Shown: positions 19,565-27,312, counted from the first letter of the stretch. The stretch: DNA of 32,000 nucleotides from Candidatus Methylomirabilis oxygeniifera (GCA_000091165.1 FP565575.1:1770001-1802000); one strand, 5' to 3'. Translations and numbers: made by a program. Notes: generated by a model from the letters alone, not told the origin.

Positions 19565-20283
19565 TGCTTCTGCCCCTTTAGGTTGACTAATTCAGAGATT
19601 AGCCTGTTAAGACTGCCGGCTATTTCCTTCTTGAGGTCAACAACCCGTTCTCGCAATTCTTGTAGATTCTGCTCACTTCCATGCTGTTCAATGAGACGTG
19701 CAATTCTTAACTCTGACTCTTCTACCCTTGCTATATCTGCACTAAAAGTTGCAAGTAACCGTCGAATTGCGTCGTGACCGCCGCCATATTTTATATCCGG
19801 ATCGAAGACATCCGATAACTTCTCCGAGAGCTCCGCCCAGAGGTGCTGTAATAAAGTCCGGACTTGGATCTCGACCAACTTCCCAGAGGTCTTGGCAATG
19901 ATGTGAACCGCTCTGTAGCCATGGCTGGGATCGGCTCGGCGGTCTATTACGGACGCCCCAGGCCACATGAAAAGTAATGCTACAGCAATACTTTCTTGCT
20001 CCGTAATGTCGGCTACGACTACCCTGCACCCGGCGATATCCTGCACCTGGCTCAGCCGGATGCTTTCGCGACGGAGCTTCTCTATCAGCGAGCCCGTAGA
20101 TTTGGCTGGTCTTCCCGTTGGCTGCAATTTGAGTCCCTCACGTAGAAATCGGACTACAGTTTCGCACGCCTCTTCAAACGACCGTCGATACTCATCGAGG
20201 ATTCTTAGATCGGACTCGGTGAGAGAATCTTCCCTCAAGCGGTCTCCAAGCTGGTCAATCTGCGTATGGCTAAGATTTGTCAT
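19561..20283 (-). CDS. RelA/SpoT-domain nucleotide pyrophosphokinase, small alarmone synthetase-like (toxSAS-like candidate toxin)
   Basis: Synthetase motifs: GRPAKSTGSLIEKLRRE, VQDIAGCRVVV, HGYRAVHII, VEIQVRTLLQHLWAELSEKL. There is no hydrolase (HD) domain and the C-terminal tail is coiled-coil-like. The track start at 20316 is TTG; ATG at 20283 (MTNLSHTQIDQL) is preferred. Confidence 0.8.
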   Translation of the reverse strand: MTNLSHTQIDQLGDRLREDSLTESDLRILDEYRRSFEEACETVVRFLREGLKLQPTGRPAKSTGSLIEKLRRESIRLSQVQDIAGCRVVVADITEQESIAVALLFMWPGASVIDRRADPSHGYRAVHIIAKTSGKLVEIQVRTLLQHLWAELSEKLSDVFDPDIKYGGGHDAIRRLLATFSADIARVEESELRIARLIEQHGSEQNLQELRERVVDLKKEIAGSLNRLISELVNLKGQKQ

Positions 20284-20511
20284 GAATTGATGTAGTCCGA
20301 TGTCCGGTCTGCCCAACTATTAAGCGAGGCCGACCACAATAATGACACGCAAAGAGCAACCCCCGCAATCTATACTGACGCGAGCGGCAATGAACCATCT
20401 TGGGTCGCCCATCTCTTCGGCTAAGTCCTCTTACTCTCAATTAAGACAGGACGTGCGCCTACCGACTGACTAGCCCTGAGAGGTCTTCGACCTGATCCTC
20501 TGCCCGGCGGC

Positions 20512-23500
20512 TTACGCCAAATGCCGGCGAAGGAAATCTCGCGTCTGCGGCCAGGTGAACAGGTTCGTGTGATGGACGCCGCTCATCGAGTGAACGAGAA
20601 CGCCGGGAGGAGTCGGAACCTTCGGGTCGGGGTTGAAGATGAGGATGCGGTGTGCTGGGATGACGGGGCCGACGGTTTCGAGGTTCGGTGTCGCGTCTAC
20701 CGACCAGACATGCGCGGTGTCTACCACAAGATCGTTAGGATCGCCGAAAAATGCGTCAATGGTCGCGTCTCCGGCTTCACTGAGTAATCGTTTGAGATTG
20801 AATTCATCGCGCTCGGGTTCGTAGTTTGCGGCGATGGCAGCATAGCTGACATTCTTGGGAAGTGGAGCCGGACTTTGCAGGCGACGCAGGAAATCGGATG
20901 TGCCTTGAGCCGTCGGGTTTTGCGCGTGCAGGCCAGGAATCGCTTTCACGGCACCTCGGACCAGGAGCTGAACGAAGAGTCCGCTCAGTCGTCCGTAAAA
21001 ACCCGTCGGATCAGCATGCGCAAGATTGATCAGCACATCAGCGGCCCGACCCCAATTGTCGGGATTGGCGAGATCCGTTCCGCTGTTCGGCGTTCCGACA
21101 AACACGAGGCGTCGAACCGCGTCATCGTGATTACCCAGCTCAATCAACGCGCGCGCCACCAGGCCGCCGCGACTATGGGTAATGATGTCGAGTCGATGGC
21201 CTGTCCGTAGGCGTGGATCAAGCCGCTCCCACAGTTCCTTGGCGTTATCTTCCGGAGACTTCGACAGTGTCCAGTGGTTGTAGCCGATCACGCCGCGATA
21301 CTGTTGACGCGCCCAATCGAGAAACTGCTCGCCGAGGCCATTTATCGGGGATTCCGTCTTGCTGAACGTTCCGTGAATAATCAGAAGCACCCGATCAGTC
21401 TGGCCTGGGGCTGGTGCGCCATCGAGCCAACCCCACTGTCCGGATCGTGGCAGCGGGTCATATTGCGGACCGGATGTGATGTGTAGAAGTTGTTCGACGG
21501 CGACCGTCTCCCGATCAAATTGCTCAACCAGACGGAAAATTAATGGCTTGGTTTCATCCCCAGTGATCGTTCCGACGACCCAGCGTCCGATAACGCGCAG
21601 GTAATCCTTGAACCCACGCTCCAGACCGAGCGCGCCTCTGACCGAATCCTTCATGGCGGCCGTTCCGAGTTCGGAACCGGGCAGCGGAAGTCGCTGACCG
21701 GTATTCGGATCGATAATCTGCCATACGCGGATGCCGTTGATTTCCACAAGTTCGAATCCGGGAGTTTTCTCTGGCAAGGACTCAATGCCGCGAGCCACAT
21801 CAACGGAGAGTTGACGAATGCCTGGACCAGCGATGAGACCATCAATCTCCTTGGCTGTGGCCTGGGCCAAGCGTTTCATGCGAATGCGCGAACGGCCCGG
21901 CCGCGACGGCACCGGGGTCGGTTCCGGAGCCATTTCCCGAGCTGCGCGCTCGGCGTGCGGCGTCCACAACGACTCAAGGAGCCGAGGCGTCGGATCGCCA
22001 TAGAGCACGACACTCGCCCAACTGAGCGCACTACGCGCAGGCATCGCAACGCCTGCATTGTTCGCCGCGAGCAGATCGTCTTTTGCCATCGACTTGGCAA
22101 AGCGGAGCGCTTCGCCGAGACTTGCGCGATCGAGCAGCAGCGCACGATAAAAATCGACGGCCAGTTGAGCGGCCGCCTGATCATCTACCGGCCACAGCGG
22201 CGCGATGTAGGCGGCCACGGCCTGGTTGATGAACGCGGTGGCCAGGCCGAACACGTCACTGTGATATCGCATGGCGGAAGCCCCCGCATCCATCCCCGCT
22301 TCGCACGCATTGGCGAAGACGAGCCACGGCGGTGAATCCGTCCACGCCAGCGTGTTCCGGATTTCGCGCGCGCGGAGCATGGCGTCGCTGAGCAGCCACG
22401 CGCTGGATTCGGCATCCTTCTTGTCAAAGTACGCATGACCGGCATAGTGGATGATATCGAACCGGCCGCTGCGGAGATGTTGACGAACATCATTCACGGT
22501 GACGCGGACCCCGACGAGGGGGGTCACTCTGATCGGCACCATGCCCAAGAGTTCGTCACCGAGGCGATCGAATTCATTGATCACCATGCGCGCCTCGCGT
22601 TGAGCCCCGGGCAATTGCCGAGGTCGCCAGCCATGGGTCTTTTCGCACTGGCGCGCAAACTCGGGAGAGAATTGGGGATCACCGATGACCAACACCTCAA
22701 TTGGCCCGGGTTTCCGCTGCATCACGCGACGCGCATGGCCGGCCTCCATGAATACCTGGCGGCCAAGCGCGTAGCGATCACTGAGCATCCCCTGCCGGTC
22801 GCTGATGAGTTCCCATGGATAGCGCATGAACTCAGCAGGAATTTGCAATCGCAAATGGGGCGTTCGGTCAGGTTGCCGCCGTGTCGCTTCACTGCGCTCG
22901 TCCAGCAATCGATCGGCCAGATCCTGCAAGATATCCTCGCCGAGGCTGCGGCCGAATGACTCCAACTTTTGGCGAGCGGTTTCCGTCTCCTCCGAGCTTT
23001 GAAGGAGTTGCTGCAGCGCGCCAAGCGTCGCGTCGATGGCCGGTTGAAACACCCGGCTTTTATGCTCCGCGACAATCGCGCCGGCCACCGCCGATTCCAA
23101 TCGCAACCGATAGTGCTGCCGGCCGCCCTCAGCATCTTGTGTAATCACAGAATCAAGGGAAAGCGTCAACGCCGTCTTGTCATCGAGCGACTGAAACTGC
23201 CCTTTTAGGCCTTCAATGACTGAATCCGGGCTGATCAACCGGCGAAGCAATTCATCGCGGGCCGAACCGTTGGCATCCGACAGCATCGAACTGACAAGCC
23301 GCCACAGCACGTGCGGTTTTTCGCTGATGAGCTGGAATGCGCCGAGCAGCGCCGCCCAATGAACGCGCTTGGCGAATCGCAAGTCGAGATAATTTGAATC
23401 AGCCAACTGAAATGAATGCTCGCCCGATTTATTCGATCCCATCGGATCACGCGTCGGTGGCAGCAGTATGGACAAACCGCGATCTTTTGGTCGCGTATGC

Positions 23501-24651
23501 AGCAACAGCGCATTGCCCGACCGGGTTGAGGCCGTGAACACATCGAGCGCTTTGCCGACCAAGTCGCCGAGTTGCACAATCCGCGCTCGTTGACCGAATG
23601 TCGACTTCGTCTCTTTGCCTTCGATGACCAGCTCCCGTTGAAGATTCTTTAGCAATGCGAACAGATCGACGGCCGGCAGATGCGTCCATGCCTCCGGCTG
23701 CTTGGCGGATTGCTGTGAAGTCGGGGACTTATCGAGTCCATCGGTCGTGATCCAATCCGTTTTCCGGCCCGCTCGACTCACGGCATTGAACACATGCCAA
23801 TCGCCCAGGTGTTGCATGAGCGCCAGCGCCATTGTGTCGAGCACGCGCCCGGCATCATCGAGCGCGTCGAGATTGACTGCGGCCATCGACACATCTTTCC
23901 CGGGATACGCATCGGCCACAGTATCGACAATGATTCGACCAAGCGCGTGTGCGTCAGCATTGGGTTTGGCGGCTCGCGTCTGCCACTTGGAGAGGATGCG
24001 TTGGTACGGCCAACCGTCGTCTGGCAACAATCGCTGCGATGCGACAAGCACATGGGCCAATCTCTCCATCTGGTACGCGATTTCAACGAACGCCGCTGCG
24101 CCCATATCCAACCCAACGAGGTCGACCGGCGCGTGTCGCTTATCTGCAATCTGCTCAAGAATGGCGCGAAGCTCGTGGGCTTCGAGCGCATCTTGAGCGG
24201 TGCGGTCGTGACAAATAGTGAAAAGCTTTTGCAGCACGCGAGCGTCGATTTCTTCGGCTCCGGAACGACCCGCATCAACCGCCAAATGCTCGCGAACATA
24301 CTCAGGAGAGATTCCCAGTCCTGAGAGGATGATCGCCACATGATCGGAAGGCGCGTGCTCGATGCCCCACAGGAAAAAATCAATCGCCGTCTTCGGATCC
24401 CCCGTGTTGACGCGGCCACAATCCACCGAAGAGAGCGGCGAGGATGCGCCTTTGCTCGACTTGGGCGGCAACACATACCGCCGGGCGCCGGCCGCCGTGT
24501 CCACCTGAGCGACAACGTAACACCTGTCGACGCTTCCAACGCGACGAATCTCCTCGAAGTCTTTCTTGATATCGGCTTCCAGATGATTGTCGCCGCACAT
24601 ATACAGGAGGAACGTCCACGGCCTTGTAGCCGGGTGTTTGTGTCGAGTCAT
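20512..24651 (-). CDS. 1379-aa multidomain protein: degenerate clostripain (C11)-like domain, helical region, CHAT protease domain, Pro/Arg-rich linker, and lipase-like alpha/beta-hydrolase domain
   Basis: GGAGG lies 6 nt upstream of the ATG at 24651.
- aa 11-295 are C11-like (WTFLLYMCGDNHLE, VDLVGLDMGAAAFVEIAYQ, DDGWPY) but lack the catalytic His and Cys.
- aa 596-886 are CHAT (LRLQIPAEFMRYPWELI, IIHYAGHAYF with His739, LVFANACEAG with Cys782).
- aa 1085-1379 are an alpha/beta-hydrolase (LLIIHGTFS, nucleophile elbow ITHSRGG with Ser1160, GDPNDLVVD, SGVHHTN).
- I saw no signal peptide or TM segment. Confidence 0.9.
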   Translation of the reverse strand: MTRHKHPATRPWTFLLYMCGDNHLEADIKKDFEEIRRVGSVDRCYVVAQVDTAAGARRYVLPPKSSKGASSPLSSVDCGRVNTGDPKTAIDFFLWGIEHAPSDHVAIILSGLGISPEYVREHLAVDAGRSGAEEIDARVLQKLFTICHDRTAQDALEAHELRAILEQIADKRHAPVDLVGLDMGAAAFVEIAYQMERLAHVLVASQRLLPDDGWPYQRILSKWQTRAAKPNADAHALGRIIVDTVADAYPGKDVSMAAVNLDALDDAGRVLDTMALALMQHLGDWHVFNAVSRAGRKTDWITTDGLDKSPTSQQSAKQPEAWTHLPAVDLFALLKNLQRELVIEGKETKSTFGQRARIVQLGDLVGKALDVFTASTRSGNALLLHTRPKDRGLSILLPPTRDPMGSNKSGEHSFQLADSNYLDLRFAKRVHWAALLGAFQLISEKPHVLWRLVSSMLSDANGSARDELLRRLISPDSVIEGLKGQFQSLDDKTALTLSLDSVITQDAEGGRQHYRLRLESAVAGAIVAEHKSRVFQPAIDATLGALQQLLQSSEETETARQKLESFGRSLGEDILQDLADRLLDERSEATRRQPDRTPHLRLQIPAEFMRYPWELISDRQGMLSDRYALGRQVFMEAGHARRVMQRKPGPIEVLVIGDPQFSPEFARQCEKTHGWRPRQLPGAQREARMVINEFDRLGDELLGMVPIRVTPLVGVRVTVNDVRQHLRSGRFDIIHYAGHAYFDKKDAESSAWLLSDAMLRAREIRNTLAWTDSPPWLVFANACEAGMDAGASAMRYHSDVFGLATAFINQAVAAYIAPLWPVDDQAAAQLAVDFYRALLLDRASLGEALRFAKSMAKDDLLAANNAGVAMPARSALSWASVVLYGDPTPRLLESLWTPHAERAAREMAPEPTPVPSRPGRSRIRMKRLAQATAKEIDGLIAGPGIRQLSVDVARGIESLPEKTPGFELVEINGIRVWQIIDPNTGQRLPLPGSELGTAAMKDSVRGALGLERGFKDYLRVIGRWVVGTITGDETKPLIFRLVEQFDRETVAVEQLLHITSGPQYDPLPRSGQWGWLDGAPAPGQTDRVLLIIHGTFSKTESPINGLGEQFLDWARQQYRGVIGYNHWTLSKSPEDNAKELWERLDPRLRTGHRLDIITHSRGGLVARALIELGNHDDAVRRLVFVGTPNSGTDLANPDNWGRAADVLINLAHADPTGFYGRLSGLFVQLLVRGAVKAIPGLHAQNPTAQGTSDFLRRLQSPAPLPKNVSYAAIAANYEPERDEFNLKRLLSEAGDATIDAFFGDPNDLVVDTAHVWSVDATPNLETVGPVIPAHRILIFNPDPKVPTPPGVLVHSMSGVHHTNLFTWPQTRDFLRRHLA

Positions 24652-24743
24652 CGGGAACCTCCCCGTTCACCGCCGTGCACGCCATGGCGATCGAAAGGTA
24701 AAAAGGCCACTGATCCTCTCCGCGGGCTCTGCGGTGAAATCTG

Positions 24744-25586
24744 TTACACGGGTGAGAGGAACAATCGATCAAAGCTCACCGCCCGACCTTCGAGCTGCGG
24801 CACTTGATCGAACTTGCCTTTCTTGAGCAATTCAATCGTCCGTGCATGTAGTTCGCGATACGTCAATTGACCTTTCTTCTCCTTGATCGCTTCAACCAGG
24901 TTGTACGTCAGCGCCCCGTTGTACTTCCCGCCGATGTAGGCATCAGCGGACGTTTGCGTGTCGCGACAACCCGTGATGAGCAGTTCCGGGATATTGACGT
25001 TCACCACGTCTTTGCCTTTCTTGATCCCCTTTCTCAGCAGCGCCCGCTGACCCCTCACCGCGCCTCTGAGTCGCCGCCCCGATTCGGCCGCAAGAAGATC
25101 CAATGGAGATGGCAGGAACCGCTCGATTCGCTTGGCATCGGGCGGACGCAACTCACGCGTGTTCGACCCTGAATGGCAGCAATCCATGATGACCGTCAGA
25201 TTCACCTTCGGCGGCAGTGTATCGAATTGAGTTCGCAGCCAATCGTCGAGCAAAGGATCTTTCCAGTCAAGATCGGTCGGGCAAAGAATCTCATCCCGAT
25301 GATCCGCCTCGTCACCGCTCTTGTCCGGCACATTCGAACCGTGCCCGGAATAGTGCACCAGCAGCACATCGCCGGGTTTGGCCTTTGCGATCAGCCTTTC
25401 GATTTCGGTCTGCATGCGTTTTTGTGTCGCATCGTAATCAGCAACAACCTTGATATTGCCCTGACTGAAGCCGTAATACTTCATCAGCGCAGCACTGAGG
25501 TTTTTCACGTCATTCACGCAGCCGCGCAGGTCTGCGCCAGGAACTTTGTACTTGTTGATCCCTACAAGCAATGCCTTTTTTGCCAT
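24744..25586 (-). CDS. Peptidase C14 caspase-family protein (bacterial orthocaspase/metacaspase-like), catalytic dyad intact
   Basis: 280-aa ORF with AGGAGG 8 nt upstream of the ATG. Read: KALLVGINKY, His in LLVHYSGHGS (His82), Cys in VIMDCCHSGS (Cys137). It lies 92 nt upstream of the 1379-aa gene on the same strand, with no convincing terminator between them. Confidence 0.9.
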   Translation of the reverse strand: MAKKALLVGINKYKVPGADLRGCVNDVKNLSAALMKYYGFSQGNIKVVADYDATQKRMQTEIERLIAKAKPGDVLLVHYSGHGSNVPDKSGDEADHRDEILCPTDLDWKDPLLDDWLRTQFDTLPPKVNLTVIMDCCHSGSNTRELRPPDAKRIERFLPSPLDLLAAESGRRLRGAVRGQRALLRKGIKKGKDVVNVNIPELLITGCRDTQTSADAYIGGKYNGALTYNLVEAIKEKKGQLTYRELHARTIELLKKGKFDQVPQLEGRAVSFDRLFLSPV

Positions 25587-26022
25587 TCCAGTGTCCTCCT
25601 TTCAATGGTAGCGGTAAACTCCATCTGCACAACAGCCGTCAAGTTGACTACTCGGAATCACGATCAATTCGTTACCCCTGGAGTCGCGTCAAGGGGCGAC
25701 TCGGCATCCGATACTCTCCCCCAAGACCAGCACACCGCATTTTTTCAAAGAATTTCTCAAAAGGCGAGAGATTTCTCACGCCTCACCGAAAGAGGAAAAC
25801 GGGGAGGCAGTTTCGATGACTGCAAATGCCGACTGCCTATCATCTGAGACCATCCGGCTGCTGAGAGCTGAGTTAGCGGCAATATCCGACACAAAGCTGA
25901 AGGTGCCAAATATTTTTCAGGATACCAATCTGCCGCGTAAATCGGTACACTCGCAGTTACTCGATCATCTTACGCAAGGCGATGGTACGCTGAGCCGACG
26001 GGTCAAGCGAGGAAGGATGAAC

Positions 26023-26433
26023 ATGCAGGACGAGCTACTCAAGACTGATGAGCAATGGAAGGCGCGGCTGACGCCTGAGCAGTTTTACGTCTGTCGGCAA
26101 CAAGGGACTGAAAGACCGTTTTCAGGTGAATACTACGCGTGTCAAGATAATGGAATCTACCAGTGCGTCTGCTGCGGTAATGCGTTGTTCAGTTCGGAGA
26201 CCAAGTTCGACTCGGGGACCGGATGGCCCAGCTTTTGGGCTCCTCTTGCGCCGGATCAGATCACAACCGCGGAGGATACCACGCTGTCAATGCGACGCAT
26301 TGAGGTGCGCTGTAGCCGGTGTGGGGCGCACCTAGGTCACGTCTTTCACGACGGCCCACCGCCGCGCGACACACCTTCGCTACTGCATCAATTCTGTCGC
26401 CTTGAGGCTGGTGAAGGGGTAGGATCGCGCTAA
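26023..26433 (+). CDS. msrB: Peptide-methionine (R)-S-oxide reductase MsrB, apparently frameshifted near the 3' end
   Basis: TPEQFYVCRQQGTERPFSGEY, Zn-binding CVCCG and CSRCGAHLGHVFHDGPPP. The conserved LRYCINS motif is encoded in the +1 frame from about 26375 and ends at TAG 26420-26422. GGAAGG precedes the ATGs at 26017 and 26023. The 67-aa extension from 25816 looks non-coding. Confidence 0.75.
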   Translation: MQDELLKTDEQWKARLTPEQFYVCRQQGTERPFSGEYYACQDNGIYQCVCCGNALFSSETKFDSGTGWPSFWAPLAPDQITTAEDTTLSMRRIEVRCSRCGAHLGHVFHDGPPPRDTPSLLHQFCRLEAGEGVGSR

Positions 26434-26469
26434 CCACGTTCTCGCCTCGAGCGCGCGACGGCGCCTCTG

Positions 26470-26877
26470 TTAGGGCGTCGCCGTCTGTGGGCGCGCGATG
26501 AGCGCAGGCGATACTACCGTCCGCCCGGGTTCAAAGGGATAGCGTGGGCTCAAGAGCGGTTTGTAATCGGCCGGGAGCGGGATCGGAAACGTTGCGAGCT
26601 CCCACACTCCGGCGCCAACCCGCATCAATCCAAGACCGAAGCCCGAAAGGAAGCCGGCCGGAATCCCATAAAGCGGACCCTGCTCTCGCGCCTCATAGCA
26701 GATCGTCTTCGGCCATTCAATGAATAGTCCAAGGGTCAGGTTCGTCACACCTCTCAGAGCCTTCTGGCCCGGCGTAGAGGCGGCCAGCTCCCCAGCAACG
26801 GCCTGAGTGGTGAGGGCTGTCGATAGCGCAATCGCAAGCACACTAGCACGCACGGTCTTTTTCATGAGCGCCTCCAA
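26470..26877 (-). CDS. Exosortase-system-associated small secreted protein (TIGR04073-like)
   Basis: Signal peptide MKKTVRASVLAIALSTALTTQAVA, then RGVTNLTLGLFIEWP...GFLSGFGLGLMRVGAGVWELATFPIP...Y.P, which matches my memory of the TIGR04073 family. Confidence 0.7.
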   Translation of the reverse strand: MEALMKKTVRASVLAIALSTALTTQAVAGELAASTPGQKALRGVTNLTLGLFIEWPKTICYEAREQGPLYGIPAGFLSGFGLGLMRVGAGVWELATFPIPLPADYKPLLSPRYPFEPGRTVVSPALIARPQTATP

Positions 26878-26943
26878 CAGGTTTTAGGGGCCGCCCTGTC
26901 GCCTCCAAAGCGTACGACGCGGCACCCTATCAATTGATGACGA

Positions 26944-27282
26944 CTACTGTCTCAGTTCTGATTCTCGCGCAAGCTGCTTGACCTGCTGGGGCGACACATA
27001 GAATCGCCCACCGCAGGTATAGTTGGTCCCGGCCACCAACTCCTCTCGAATGATCTCGCTGGTCCCCATAGTAAGTCCGTAGGCCGTCCCGCCAAGCACC
27101 ACCGTCGCAGCACAGGTGACAAGCTTCAGTGGAAACGTAATGACCGTAGCAATCACGCTGATGGCGCCGGCAGACAGGTCTGCCCCGATGGTCGTCTCCT
27201 CGGCCCTTGCCCATGACACTGCTACGATCTGCACCAAGAGGCACAGCGCAAGGATCGCTGTCAGTCGCCTGAAAGGCTTCAT
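26944..27282 (-). CDS. Hypothetical secreted or membrane protein
   Basis: 112-aa ORF with signal peptide MKPFRRLTAILALCLLVQIVAVSWARA and a hydrophobic central segment. No family recognised. Confidence 0.55.
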   Translation of the reverse strand: MKPFRRLTAILALCLLVQIVAVSWARAEETTIGADLSAGAISVIATVITFPLKLVTCAATVVLGGTAYGLTMGTSEIIREELVAGTNYTCGGRFYVSPQQVKQLARESELRQ

Positions 27283-27312
27283 GCTGTTTTATCCTCCCGA
27301 CTCCAAAAAACA

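Noticed and set aside
20320-20412. 30-aa hydrophobic minus-strand ORF (MGDPRWFIAARVSIDCGGCSLRVIIVVGLA) in the 195-nt gap upstream of the RelA/SpoT-domain gene. I considered it as a third TA component or a leader peptide.
   Set aside because: It is too short to evaluate, has only a weak AAGAG directly abutting the ATG, and I cannot assess conservation. It is not reported as a feature.
20415-20421. CTTCGGC heptamer matching the tRNA-Leu acceptor 3' strand, considered as a possible att repeat bounding the toxSAS pair
   Set aside because: A 7-nt match is expected by chance in this window. I found no longer repeat of the tRNA-Leu 3' end at 20.3-20.5 kb or 25.6-25.8 kb.
20521-24807. Many 60-250-aa ORFs in other frames or on the other strand inside the 1379-aa gene (for example 23778..24539 minus, 21811..22335 plus, 22435..22959 plus, 23794..24324 plus)
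   Set aside because: All are nested in a continuous 4.1-kb ORF with coherent domain motifs. Their Arg/Ser/Cys-rich composition is typical of off-frame translation of GC-rich coding DNA.
25816-26022. 67-aa N-terminal extension of msrB
   Set aside because: It shows no resemblance to MsrB or MsrA N-termini. A GGAAGG SD sits right before the internal ATGs at 26017 and 26023, which give a standard-length MsrB.
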